NCBI GenBank assembly: GCA_001662655.1
Contig: KV460211.1
Direction: 5' to 3' (one strand)
Length of the DNA stretch: 64,000 nt
DNA from: Pseudogymnoascus verrucosus
Taxonomy: Eukaryota
A model generated the notes under the pieces. The model was not told the origin of the DNA and did not search any database. It was given only the letters and a program-made list of their open reading frames with translations. A program made the translations under genes and the position numbers. The stretch's first letter is position 1, and every line of letters begins with the position of its first letter. This document shows positions 48,984 to 61,226 of the stretch, piece by piece.

Positions 48984-51587
48984 TCATACAACAATGTCCC
49001 TAGGACAAGCCACAATACCCGCACTCACTACTTCCTGTAGAGCAATGCCCCTCAACCGTTCAATCACGGGAGACAGAGTCGGAAACTCCTCTGCGAGCGC
49101 ACTCCCTTCGAGCTGCGTATAAGTGAGATCCGCCTTTTCTGCCTCCCACGTGCCCATATTGGCCTTCGCCGTCACCTCTGGCGGAGAGAACGGCGTTGCT
49201 TCTTCGGATGACTTCGCTTCGAAAAGCCCCTTCAAAGACATCAAAAGGATCGGTCGGCCCTCCCAACTTGCGCTCAGCGAGAAGGAAGTTGGCGAAAAAG
49301 ACGCGGCGAGCTGCGCGAAGAATACGGGCACCTTACCTGCTTCTCGATGTGCGACCACCGCATCCGCCGAGTCCTCAAATGCGGCTGCGCAGTACAAGTC
49401 AGGCTTACCGCCGTCACTGTCCTGGACGTTGTGCAGATAGAGGCCCAGGCGGCTGTAGCTGCGGTAACCGAGCCAAGGTACATTGCTGTGTTTCGTCAGG
49501 GCAAGGGTGGCGGTGGCCCATCCGCCTGGTTGGGCAAACCGCAAGGAGCTAGTGAGCGGCAGGAAAGTCCTGAGATAGCTCAAATGAGTTTTAAAAGTGA
49601 CGTAGCTGGTGAAATAGCTGGATTGAGGCATTAAGCGTGGATTACCGAAGGCGTCTTGAGTAGGGCCAGGCAGTGGGCCGAAAATCCCTGATACCGTGAA
49701 AACAGCAGCTTTCGAGGCTAAAACATGCCTGGTTATTAGTTTTCGAATTTGTGGTTTCATTTTTCGACCTACCCAAGTGGTTGAGAAGGATGGCCTGCGC
49801 GTTATCGTGCGCATCGTGACCGAAGTTGATTTTGGAAAACTCTAGAGCTTCACAGATGTTGGTATAGAACAAGTAAAATATGCAGAGAGACCTCACGATC
49901 AGTGCTAATACCTCCAACATCATCGTTGTCACTATGCTTGAATGCAGCTGCACGCGAAAAGTTCTGCACCAGAGTTGCTCGGTCATATCGACATTTCATA
50001 TACAGTTCGAGCCGTTCCGGAACTTCAGAAGGCGTGACGCCAAGCGGAAACAAAGCTCCAAGAGCAGCGCCCTGGGTTTATCAGTCCAAAATTAAATGAA
50101 TCAACAGAGACATCTTACATCTTCAATAGCCTGCGCTCCGCCTTGTCCTTGATCTTTTCCGGCGTCAGTGAGAAAAAAAAACCATTGAAAGATTTGACCT
50201 ACAAGGTAAAAAGGGGTGCGCGGCATCACCCAAAAGCGCAGCTTTATTATTAATCCAAGTTGGAAGTGACGGACGATCTAGGAGTTTCCAAAGCCTGATT
50301 GATGATTCATCGGCCATCGATAGCAGGACCTTGATACCCTCGCAGTACTCGTCATAAACAGTCAACAGCTGCTGTCTCGATGCCGAGTTATTCCATCCTA
50401 AACGCCGTCAATACTGTGATTTGGGTTACCCATCAAGAGACTTCTTCACCTTCTTTGCTTCCAGCGCTTTCAATTTCAGGATGCAAACAGACAAAGTTGA
50501 GCTCTGTGTTGTTCCTAATGTACATCAGCTAAAACACCAAAGCAAGGTGGTTGGGGCATTGTCACTCACCTGCAAGGGTAAATGACCAATCTTCTGTTTG
50601 TGCCCTCCCACAACTGCAGCTCGCCAGATCGCTCAAGAATCCAAGCAGTTCTCGGATCTGCCTTGACCTGGGAAACAGGAACCAAGAAGCGAAAAGCGCT
50701 GCCACCGGACAACTGAGGCTGGATATCTTGACCAGTAATAATACGACGCAGTACAGACTGGGAAGCAGAATAGGTCAGATCTCAAGCTGAGAAAAAACCA
50801 AGCCAAGGGGTCAACTACTTACATGCACACCGTCTGCTCCAAGAACCATATCTGCGCCGACCACTGTTCCATCCTTCAACACCAACGAAGGTGTCTCTGG
50901 GTCACATGAGATAACCTGCGACTGTGTCTTGATAATTGCTGGAATTCCTGGTCCGTCGAGCGTAGTTGCAAGACGCTTGAGCTCCTCGTGGAGATCTACA
51001 CGGTGACTGAGCTGCCACGGCTAAAATATGTTAGTTGGATTAGAACATAAAGGTCAGGCGAGGCTTACGTATGGGTATGCGAGCGACAATTCAGCAATAT
51101 TCTTCGTGCTAATGATGCTACCGTCCTTGGAATACAAGGTAACCTGTTCCATGATCAGCCCCTGAATCATATAGCCGCATAACAGCAACCACACATCAAG
51201 TGGCAAGGAGTGGTAAGGACCGAAGCTGGGCAACTGTCAGGTACACGCAAAAACCCACATGCTCTGCCTGGTTGGCGCCCCACTCCTCAGGGCGCGTACC
51301 AAATCGTCTCAAAAGACCATTTACGTTTGGTGGCAGGTGAATCGCCGCCCCGATTTCTACTGCAAATCGGGAGGACTCATATAGCTATAACCCGTCAGAT
51401 TCTCATCATCATACGCACAACGGGGCGAGAACAGCGGACAGACCACAACACGGTGACCAGCTTGGCGAAGCGCGATAGCTGCTGAAAGACCTCCGATGCC
51501 CGCTCCAGCGATACATACATGCAGTGGACGCGCGGTGCTTTCAGGGTCAAGCTCGGAGGCCATGGCGGAGACTTCGTTGGATCCCAT
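48984..51587 (-). CDS. Salicylate-hydroxylase-like FAD monooxygenase with C-terminal acetoacetate-decarboxylase-like domain, multi-exon
   Basis: IAGAGIGGL, EIGAAIHLPPN, LGADGVH, LLGDAAHPFLP|..QGGAQAIED; then FGPLPGPTQD..VTFKT..WLGYRSY..FEDSADAV; many canonical introns; not every exon frame-checked. Confidence 0.8.
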
Positions 51588-52047
51588 GGTGGTTTTGTTG
51601 ATGGATATGATGACTGTGCTATTGTTGCGTTGGGTATGAGGAGTTGAGTCAGCACAGGGAATGGGAATGGGAATGGGAAGGCTAATATCTTGCCAACGAA
51701 TTGTTTGCTACCTTGTTCTCCAAATCGAACATGTCTCGCGATGCTCGGCGCAAAGCATCTCAATCCCTAGGGAATGGATGGCCGGTGGAGATGTTTCTGG
51801 ATGGCTTCCGCAACGGATTCGGATCCCTATTAGCTCCCAAGGCTGCGGGGCGGGTGGGAATGGTGCGGTATGGGCTGAAAAAACTACCCTGACTCTTGCA
51901 ATTCCAACCCGGCGAGTTTCATCCGGTATCGCGTGACAGCCTAGGCTGCGAATGGGCGCGCACTTGAGGGACCGATGAAGAATGCCATTAGTGGAGGCAA
52001 GGCGCGAGGCTGGGCAGGTGTAAGGTAAGACCGAAGTGTCTCATACA

Positions 52048-52177
52048 TGTTCCGGCCCAACCGCGAATAGGCCAGCCCAACCACGAGTAGTAGAGTAACA
52101 TAGTAAATAGAATGAAGGATAAAAGAATAATATACCTTGGAAGAGATAAAGTATATGTTCCGGCCCAATCGCGAATG
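52048..52177. mobile_element. Short transposon/LTR-like remnant with a 22-bp direct repeat
   Basis: TGTTCCGGCCCAA[C/T]CGCGAAT at 52048 and 52156 with purine-rich spacer; begins with TG; abuts the 5'-truncated DUF3328 gene. Confidence 0.45.
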
Positions 52178-52979
52178 TGCCAGTCGCAAATATTACTACA
52201 ATAAATTCTAAGTTAGCTCTTGAGGCAAACCGCTTAATATCAACGTCTAATAAATCTTCAAAGGCTATTGGTTTTCGAAGACTTGTTCCTAAAAGTATTT
52301 TAGCCCTTAAAGGGTCTTTACCGCATTCTCTTGCTAATTGGATCATTCAGTGCCAGAAACCACTGTATATTTTAGAGAGGCACACGAATACAGTGATAAA
52401 CCTTCTCCCAAGACGGATGAAGCATGGAACAACCTTCTGCCTGTGAGTATCTTCTAAATCAAATGGTGCATTGTGAATTGAATGGATGCTCACTTCAGTA
52501 GCTCGGACGTGGCTACGTATTTGTGGATGACGCAGAGCACTATCTCCCGGAACCCGGAGAGACAACACCGTGGGGTCAGATATACTCTGTTGCGCTCTTC
52601 CATCAGCTACACTGTTTGAGTGCGATACGAGATCACTACTGGAAACTTTTAGACTCTATACTTAATCATGACGAGAAGTTGCAAGATCTTGCTGAAACGT
52701 TAAAATCGTCCCATCATATCAATCATTGTTACGACTGTATAAGACAGTCGCTTCAATGCTCTGGAGATATGTCGCTCGAATGGCCACGGACGGAGCCTTA
52801 TGGCCGACGATTTGTTGCTGATGGCTGGAACATCCCTCATCAGTGCAAAAGCTGGGTAAGTTATAACCTTTGGCAACATAGTGGTCAAAGTCACTGATAT
52901 TTTCAACTAGGATGCTATCATGGAGTATATGGACCATGCTCATTACAATGGGTCGCAGCGGTCTGATATAGCAAAGTAA
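52177..52979 (+). pseudogene. DUF3328/UstYa-type oxidase, 5' end missing
   Basis: Spliced: ..RRLVPK|MPETTVYF..PSPKTDEAWNNLLP|LGRGYVFV..FHQLHCL..HINHCYDCIRQSLQCSGDMSLE..DGWNIPHQCKSW|DAIMEYM..AK*; two HxxHC motifs; no ATG or TM anchor upstream. Confidence 0.8.
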
Positions 52980-53085
52980 AAAGTCATAGCGATTTTATAT
53001 TCTCGTATCCAGATAGATGGAAACTCATATTATTAATACTGGTATCTTTAGGGAAATATATAGTCATTCAATTTACGTTCTTGGC

Positions 53086-53910
53086 CTACTGCATATTGAT
53101 GCAATTCCAGCTATGCTTGTAGGGGGCCTGACTCTGCACCATGAATTCCCAGAACCTGTTCTAACCTCTGCTTTGGTGCGAGGTTCCCCAACCATCGACC
53201 TGTATCCTCTCACCATTCTTTTCAACAGTGGCCGACTCTATGGTAGTGTCGGCGGCGCACATCAATGCCTGTCTTAAGAAATTAAAGCAATGGTTAATGT
53301 GTTCCCATGAATATAATTGCGGATAGTCTCGTTCAGATGGCTTCCGCCATGAAGTATCACACTATCTTGGCCTTCCTTTGCAGAGCAGTAAGATATACGA
53401 ACTAGACCTCTGCAGGTACAGTGATCAGTCACGAGTCTAAGGTCTTTGCAGAAGAAGCACTCACAAGCAATGTAGCTGATGAAACACGGATACAAAATAT
53501 AGTTCAATTCCCAAGTCCGTAGGGATACCAGGCTTAAGCAAAATTTGCTCTCGGTGTCTTGGGAATGGTTTGGTAAATGGGCCTCAAGTAGTTATAGTTT
53601 CTAGATTAAGAGCACTAGCAAAATTCTCCTCTGGTGCAAAGACAACGTCTCGATAAGGTACTGCTGAGAAGATTAACCAATTCAATTTCACGCGAGAGGT
53701 ACACGGGCGGATATACCAACATTCTGGTACGAGGGTCCTAGATCGTGGACTCGCTCAACGGAGGCTATAAGGAGAAAATAGTAGATTAGAAATGGTCTTA
53801 TAGTAGGATTACAGCTAAATAGTAGTAGTAGCATAGTTTTAGAAGGGGAAATGGACAATAATAAGAGAATGAAAAGAATAAAAGAGACAAATGGAAGAGA
53901 GTTGCTTTAG
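53086..53910 (-). pseudogene. Second DUF3328/UstYa-type oxidase, decayed
   Basis: Minus strand: RTLVPE|LPYRDVVFAPEENFAS..ETITT*..LKPGIPTDLGIELYFVSVFHQLHC (53467-53484)|LGLVRISY..frameshift..HINHC (53287-53301)FNFLRQALMCAADTTIE..VDGWGTSHQSRG*; 5' limit uncertain. Confidence 0.8.
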
Positions 53911-54781
53911 GCTACACACTAGTTACCCTATTCATTTCTTAAAGTTGATTATCTTACTAGACATAATGCGCTAAGAGGACTATAGCGCATGATTAAAGTA
54001 GTTTTAGGAGGGGAACCTTACATCTTGTTAAGAGATGGTAGAACAAGCGTTCTTTCTTCTATAAACGCAGCTTTATCTTAGCTGTTACCTTAGTTACTAA
54101 CATAGGTGAGGATGATAAGACTAGGGGGTTTTGCAGTTCCTACGAAGCACACCCCCTAAAAGATCGTTAGCAGCTTAAGCTTTGCAAAGGGCACGGCCCT
54201 AAAGACTAATGTAGATCGCTATAGATGATGTGATTAGAAGTATAAGCCATCCTGCATAAAGAAGCTCTATAAGAAGGCACCCTACTTCTAAAGAGCAAGA
54301 ATCTTCCATCTTCAGTTTTTGTTTAAATCCACTAACTCCTCCGCCACCCTTCGTTAAGATCCATTAGTTTGACTAAAGTAAGATCATGATTAGGGTTGGG
54401 CTTTACGCTTATAATCTAGAGCAGTTGGAGAAACAAAGCGGTACTCTAAGTACTGTCGGCGGTTTGGGGCAAATGCCGTATTACTAACCGCCGACTGCAC
54501 ATTCAGATTAGATTGCGGGGAACCTTGCATTTGTCATCTACCTGCCGGTCGGGAATGCGGAGAGCCGGCTAGTAACTCATGCGTCCGGGTAAGTTTAATT
54601 CCGACACCCACCATTTCCAATGCGGGGAGATGAGCATCTCAGATTCTGTGCTAGGGAATCACGATACACTAGTTTCTATAAAACAGACATCATCGCTCTT
54701 TGTTCTCACTATGCCTCAAAAAACGACACCTGACGCCTGAAAACAACCGTCCCCATTCCCACTCTATAGAAAAATAACATC

Positions 54782-55849
54782 ATGGCTACGAACGACGCCT
54801 ACGGCACCAGTGGTGCCAAGGACAACAATAGCAAATACGACGCTGACTTCACACAACACGTCATTGACCTTATGAGCCCCGAAACAAAACCCAGACACAG
54901 AGAAATCCTTACCTCCTTAATAAAGCATATGCACGACTTTTGCCGAGAGGTCAACCTCACGCAAGACGAGTGGATTATCGGTGTCAACTACGTCAACTCT
55001 ATCGGCCAAGCTTACAAGAAGAACCGAAATGAAGCATGGAGGGTGTGTGATATCCTAGGTATCGAATCGTAAGTACCACCTGTAACGTTTTACCGACAGT
55101 CGCCACCGGATTTGGCAGAAACATAATCATTTTCATTAAAAGAGAATTCCACCAATGGCTAACAATTTCTGTCCAGTCTCGTCGACGAGATCAACCACAA
55201 GATCGTCTCCGACGAGGGTCTATCTCCCACATCCTCGGCCATTCTCGGGCCTTTTTGGTCCCCCGAAACACCATTCCGGGACCTTGGCGCCAGCGTAGTC
55301 CAGGACATGCCAAAAGACGGGCAGCTCACGCTGTTCCACGGTACCATCAAGGACGTCGAAACCGGCAAGGCCATCTCAGACGCCGTCTTCGACATGTGGC
55401 AAGCTAGCACCAACGGCAAGTACGACGTCTTCGACCCCGAGAACCAGACCCGCCACAACCTTCGGGGCAAGTTCCGCACCGACGAGAACGGCAAATTCTG
55501 GTTCTACTGCCTAAAGCCGACCGAATACGCCATTGACACCTCCGGCCCCTCGGCAGATCTGCTCGGAATAATGGGCCGACACCCCAACCGCCCCGCCCAC
55601 ATCCACATGATGGTCACTCATCCAGACTACATTGGCGTGACGGCTCAGCTGTACCCGAATGACGACAGGTGGCTGGAGACGGACACTGTCTCTGCGGTCA
55701 AGGACGATCTGCTCTTGGACTTCAAGCCCATTCAGAACGACCCCAAGGGAGCTGTTCTCGATGTTGAGTATCATGTTCGTCTGCTCTCAAATAAATACAA
55801 GCCAGATTCCACTATGTTGATGGGGAACGCAAACCAGAACAAGTTCTGA
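54782..55849 (+). CDS. Intradiol ring-cleavage dioxygenase (catechol/hydroxyquinol 1,2-dioxygenase), 2 exons
   Basis: HMHDFCREVNLT..DILGIES|LVDEI..ILGPF..DMWQA..GKYD..LRGKFRTD..PTEY..RPAHIH (Tyr/Tyr/His/His iron ligands). Confidence 0.92.
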
Positions 55850-56451
55850 TTTAAGTCTAATAACGGCCGCCGGTTGGATATTTCTTTAGGAATTGCTCTA
55901 AATATTGCAGAGTTTTGTTCGTGTATATAGCATAGTGGGCCCGTAATAGTGATGATCGGAAAACAATAAAGAAACTCGATTCTAACTGCTCGAGAAGAAC
56001 CAAAGAGGGCGCATGTTAGTGATTAGGTTAGTGTCTGCTGTGCGAAGGAGCCACGGAGACACAGGACCATGTAGATAACTATATTCTATAGCTTCATAAA
56101 TACACCAAACCACCACGATGATTTGATTCCCATAACATGGTATCAATTGCCTTTGATCATTGATATATCGGACTGACCATTTACCTAGCAGACTCCAGTC
56201 CGTCGTTAGTTGATCAGAGATGAGCAGGTCATCAACAAGCCCCGGCTAATAGGTAGGGTGAACAGAAGAGCCTACCAATATTGCAGTGTCGTGTGGTACG
56301 GAGTCTTAAAGACCCTGTAGAGTTATACGTCAAGTGAAAAGTCGAGCTAATCCAGCAGCGACCTGACCTACTGTTTAGAATAGCTGTGTGCCTCGAATAA
56401 GCCACCCCCAATAAATGGATGTGTTTCATTCACGACGGAGGGACGCACAAT

Positions 56452-57130
56452 ATTAGTGGCAATAGCTAGGCCAATCTTCCACGACTACATGAGAAGTGGG
56501 AAGTTCTATAGGATGATTTGTCCATAGACACTGATCTAGCAGCTGTTAGTATGTTAGAGAGGGAGGGGGGGGTTGCTTAGACTACGTACTAGCTCCTAGA
56601 GTGTGTATGTGAAGGTGTCGATGGTCTTGCCCTCGATCTTGTCGGACCAGCTGCTGTAGTACCTTAAGCAGCTAACCATAGCGGCCACATCACCCTTAGC
56701 CATGGAGATGGCCTTTCCGTTGTCGAGCGACTCGATGGCAGCCAGCTGGTCGAGGTTTGCCTCCATTAGCTCGGACAGCTTAACGAGCAGCTTGCCACGG
56801 GCCTCGGGTGTAACCTTCCTCCACTCGCCCTTAAAGGCCTTCCTAGCGGCGGCAACAGCGACGTCGACATCCTTCTCGGTGGCCTTAGCGACAGAGCAGA
56901 TGACCTTCTCGGTGGCGGGGTTAATGACCTTGAAGGACTTCTTATCTACGCCCTCGATGAACTCATTGTTAATGAAGCTGTGAGGAGAAAGTCAGTTTAC
57001 TGTTTTCTGATGTTTTAGAAGGGGTCTAGGTTTGATCCTAGAGGGACGGGTGGGACGGGATACAGACGTACAGTCTAGTTGGCTGTTGGTACTTGCCGTT
57101 AGACAGGGTCTTAAGCTCAATGGTAGCCAT
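56452..57130 (-). pseudogene. RIP-mutated 5' fragment of an aldehyde dehydrogenase (AldA type)
   Basis: MATIELKT..QQPTRL|FINNEF..VINPATE..DVDVAVAAARKAF..ESLDNGK..RYYSSWSDKIEGKTIDT..TL*EL|ISVYGQIIL*NFPLLM*SWKIGLAIATN, then similarity ends; both introns retained. Confidence 0.88.
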
Positions 57131-57865
57131 TACGTCGTCGATATCGTGAAGTTCGTAGGATAGCTTGATATGAAATGGAAAAGAAGTTTTTGGGGTATTG
57201 AGTTGTTTAATAAAGGAAGAAGAAAGATGAGAGAGGAGGAAGAAGAAGAGAGTAGAAGAGGAGAGTAGTAGATTCGTTCGGGAGAAGTACCTTTCACTCA
57301 ATGGGTCCTGGGCTGTCCTGAAGTCAGCCACGTTGTATCTAGACCCTCACATGCGCGGATGGCAACTTTTACGCATTGTCCCACGAGGCGCTTAATTGCT
57401 CGCAAAGCCAGGGTTGGACGCGGCATCACACTCACACGCGCTATGACGAAAATAGATAAAATCGTGAGCGGCCGCGGATTACGTTGCCGACTCCACATTT
57501 CACTTACACTAGTTCCGCCAAAGCGTCTTACAGTATCTCGGAATCCCCAGACCCCATCCAAGGGGCAATGCAAACGTCGCCAGTTGGCAGGATGACACCG
57601 GGAATCTTGGGGTAGGAGATTTGGCGAGCTATCTGGTCGGTTATCCGGGCCAAGCATTGCCACAAGCTGAGCTGTGTCTGTTAGAAGGAAATACAACCAA
57701 CTACACACCCTGCTGGGGAGCGCTCAAAGATGTGGTGGCCGGTTACAACCACGGCAGAAAATGAGTACTTAAATGCGGCCCTTCCACGCGGCCGTTTCTT
57801 CTCCCAGTACTATCAACCACTACCTGCACAATGAACTTTGCTCTTTAACATCACTTGATAAAACA

Positions 57866-59529
57866 ATGACTGCCTTGCTTCCGTCGTCACAAGAACATGT
57901 TAAGGTGGCTGCGACAACATCCGATGCAGACCAAGCCCTAGCTATTCTAGGATATACAAATGAGCTCAAGAGAAGTCTGTCAATATGGACCATCCTAGGA
58001 CTGTAAGTGGTGCCAGGAGCAATTACCATACTAAGGTGATCGGAAATCTAACGTGCCGCCTCTTGACCAGATCGGTAGCCATCATGGCAGTTCCCGCCGG
58101 CCTCTCTGTAACCCTCTACATCACCCTTATCAACGGACAGTCCGTTACCATGCTTTGGGGCTGGGCTTTTGTGACCCTCGTCTCGGTTTGCACAGCCGCC
58201 TCGCTCGCCGAAATCTGTGCCGTCTACCCAACCGCGGGCGGACCGTACTTCTGGTCGGCCATGGTGTCCAACCACAAGCATGCCGCCCTCGCTTCCTGGG
58301 TCACTGGCTGGCTGAATCTGGTTGGCAACTTTCTTGCGACCACCAGCATCAATTTTGGCGGTGCCCAGGTTGTCCTGGCAGCGGCAACGCTGTGGCATGA
58401 GGATTACGTGCCGACCGCCTGGCATACGATACTGACGTTTTGTGCCTTCACCCTCTTGGCTGCTTCCGTCAACATTTTCGGAGTCCGATATCTCAATGCT
58501 ATCAACGTGGCAGCCATGTGCTGGATTTCTGTCTCCATCGTGGTCCTCATGACTGTGCTTCTAGGTATGGCCAAGGACCAACGAACCGCGGGCTTCGTCT
58601 TTACCAATTACAACGCCTCGGCTAGTGGTTGGCCTACTGGATGGTCATTCTTTGTGGGATTGCTCCAGGGGGGTTATGTGATGATGGGGTACGGAATGGT
58701 GGCGTCGCTCTGCGAAGAAGTCGAGAGCCCTCATCTTCATGTTCCGAGGGCGATGGTCATCTCCGTTGTCGTGTCCGGGGTCTTGGGTCTTCTCTACATT
58801 ATTCCAGTCCTATTCGTGCTGCCCGACATTGGCACCCTTTTGGCAGTGACGAGCAACCAGCCGGTTGGCATCATGTTCGAAATGATCACAGGCTCCAAAC
58901 CTGCCGCCATGGGTTTGCTCCTGCTCTTGATCGGCATCTTCGTATTCTGCACCATTGGGGCGACTATAGCTGCGAGCCGTTACACCTATGCTTTTGCCCG
59001 CGACGGGGCCATACCAGGTCATCGTTTGTGGTCCCGTGTCAACAAAAAGCTCGCAATGCCGCTCTGGGCAACGTTGCTAAATGTGGCCGTCAATATCCTG
59101 CTGGCTGTCATCTACTTTGGCTCCTCGGCCGCTTTCAACTCCTTTACTGGAACCGCCACTATCTGTCTATCAACATCGTACGCCATCCCCGTCCTTATTT
59201 CCTTGTGCCGATCCCGGAACCCGGTTAAGGGGTCTACTTATTCTTTAGAACCCTTCGGATTCATCATCAATGCGGTGTCAGTCACCTGGATATTCTTCTC
59301 CATTGTTCTGTTCTGTATGCCCGTTTCGCTTCCTGTCACAGCGAGTTCGATGAATTACTCTAGCGTTATCTTCACAGGGTTCGCCGTCATCAGCCTGGTG
59401 TGGTATGTTGTATATGGCTGTCGTAATTATCAAGGACCTATCGCAATTATTGAACAGGACCATCTTTCGGGCTCTGAGGTTCATGGGTCTGCCACTGATT
59501 CTCTTCCCAAGAATGTCAACAAGGGTTAG
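57866..59529 (+). CDS. Amino acid/GABA/choline-type permease (APC superfamily)
   Basis: LGYTNELKRSLS..|..SLAEICAVYPTAGGPYFW, SWVTGW, SLCEEV, SRYTYAFARDGAIP, MNYSSV; about 12 TM segments; intron about 58003-58070. Confidence 0.9.
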
Positions 59530-61226
59530 GATTCTGGCATATCCTCGCCTTCAATATAGTGGTGTTTACCTCAAAACAGTTGAAGGAACGTCACAATATA
59601 GTATAGTATGAATGAAGTGTATATGATCGATTTTTAAGACTGTCCATCATCTGCTCACCAGAAACAATGCTACAACGTACTTGAGTCCGAAAGTATGCGG
59701 TTTTTATTTAGATTCCACGTGCTGGATCTCCACTTGTGTAATCCCTTTCTTGCCGAGCCAAAACAAGCTTGCGATACTGGAAAAGAAACCCCTCCCACAG
59801 CAGGCGGTGACGTGAATTACAGACGCTACAAACCGTTACACCCCAGGCACTATATATCAAAGGCAGAGTTTAGAGGCGGTAGCAGATTGGTAGCCCCACT
59901 AACCCCGCCTCATACGACACGTCATAAGAACTACCAACAACTTTTTATGGGAACTGTTTAATTACACACAGAAGGCACAGTAGTGCATGGGGAGCATAGG
60001 GGTTCAGCGCTTTCTCCACCCAATATCTCCTGATCCAACCGTCTTGATTCTCGTAATGCCTGCATGCATGCAGGATGGATTATGTCATGTTACGAGTCCA
60101 GACGCTAAAATGTGCAGAACGGCAGAAAGGAAGGAGTGCGGAGAGGGAGGGGGATAAACAGAGAGAAGGATAAGAAATGAGGGGGTTGAAGGTATAAAGG
60201 TGGGTCTGTGCTATCCATTTTCAGAGAGTCGTGGTTGGTAACAGGTCCTTCTACTGGTAATGTCTAGCGAGGAAAGAAGGCGGTGCAGAGGATTCGATGC
60301 TTAGCTAGGCTACATTTGCGCTGCATGGCGGTTTAATATTAGACAGCCAGGCACCCACAACGATCATTCCCACTAGATGCTACGAAGTGGCTCTAGGTTT
60401 ATTCGCAGAGAATTTTGATTACTGACGTAACGGTGCCTTCCAACAAGATGCTGGTCGTAGCTTCATACTTCATCCTCAGAGAAATCCAATGAGCGATTGC
60501 CGTGGCTACTAGATGATGGTGATTGAACTTAGGAAGAGTACGGTCATGCCTCCGAGAATTTCCGGTAAATCCAACAGGGGCCATACCTTCCCACTAACTC
60601 TAACTTGGATGTTGTTGGCTGCATGAATGCATGGTTCATTCGCGGAGATTTCCAACAGTAATGGATCAATAGAAAACGATAATTCGTCTGGGGAACTCCG
60701 CCAGAGCTAACCAGATCGTTTGCGGGGACGAACGGCAACTGTCGAATACAGTGTGGGGCCGATCTAGCGTGGTGCGGGGTTGCCTCCATCCATCGACAGA
60801 TCTCCTAGCGTCGATGACCGCCGGGTGGGGCGGCAGATACGTAAACAGCCGCGCATGACACGGCCTACGTCAAGCTACTGTACTGTACATAGTACGGAGT
60901 GTAAATACCCAGAAACAAGCCTTTAGCCACTAGCGAACGCCTCATTAGCAGCCCTGCTACCTGCCAGTCAATTTGCCTCCACCTTTACCCCGCAGCATAC
61001 ACAACAAACCAATTACAAAGCCTTTCCCCGCACTTACTTAGCACTAGACAAGCAGTTTAGTGCCAATTTCGAACCTTCTAGTGGCGACCCATGGTTCAGA
61101 AATACTGAGTCGAACATTAACTCGTGAATCAAGAATTATATTTGAGCTAGACAACGGTCGAAGCGAAAAGAACACGCGTACGATCGAGAGAAGGGAAGCA
61201 CGACGAATGGTATTTTCAGCTATCTA

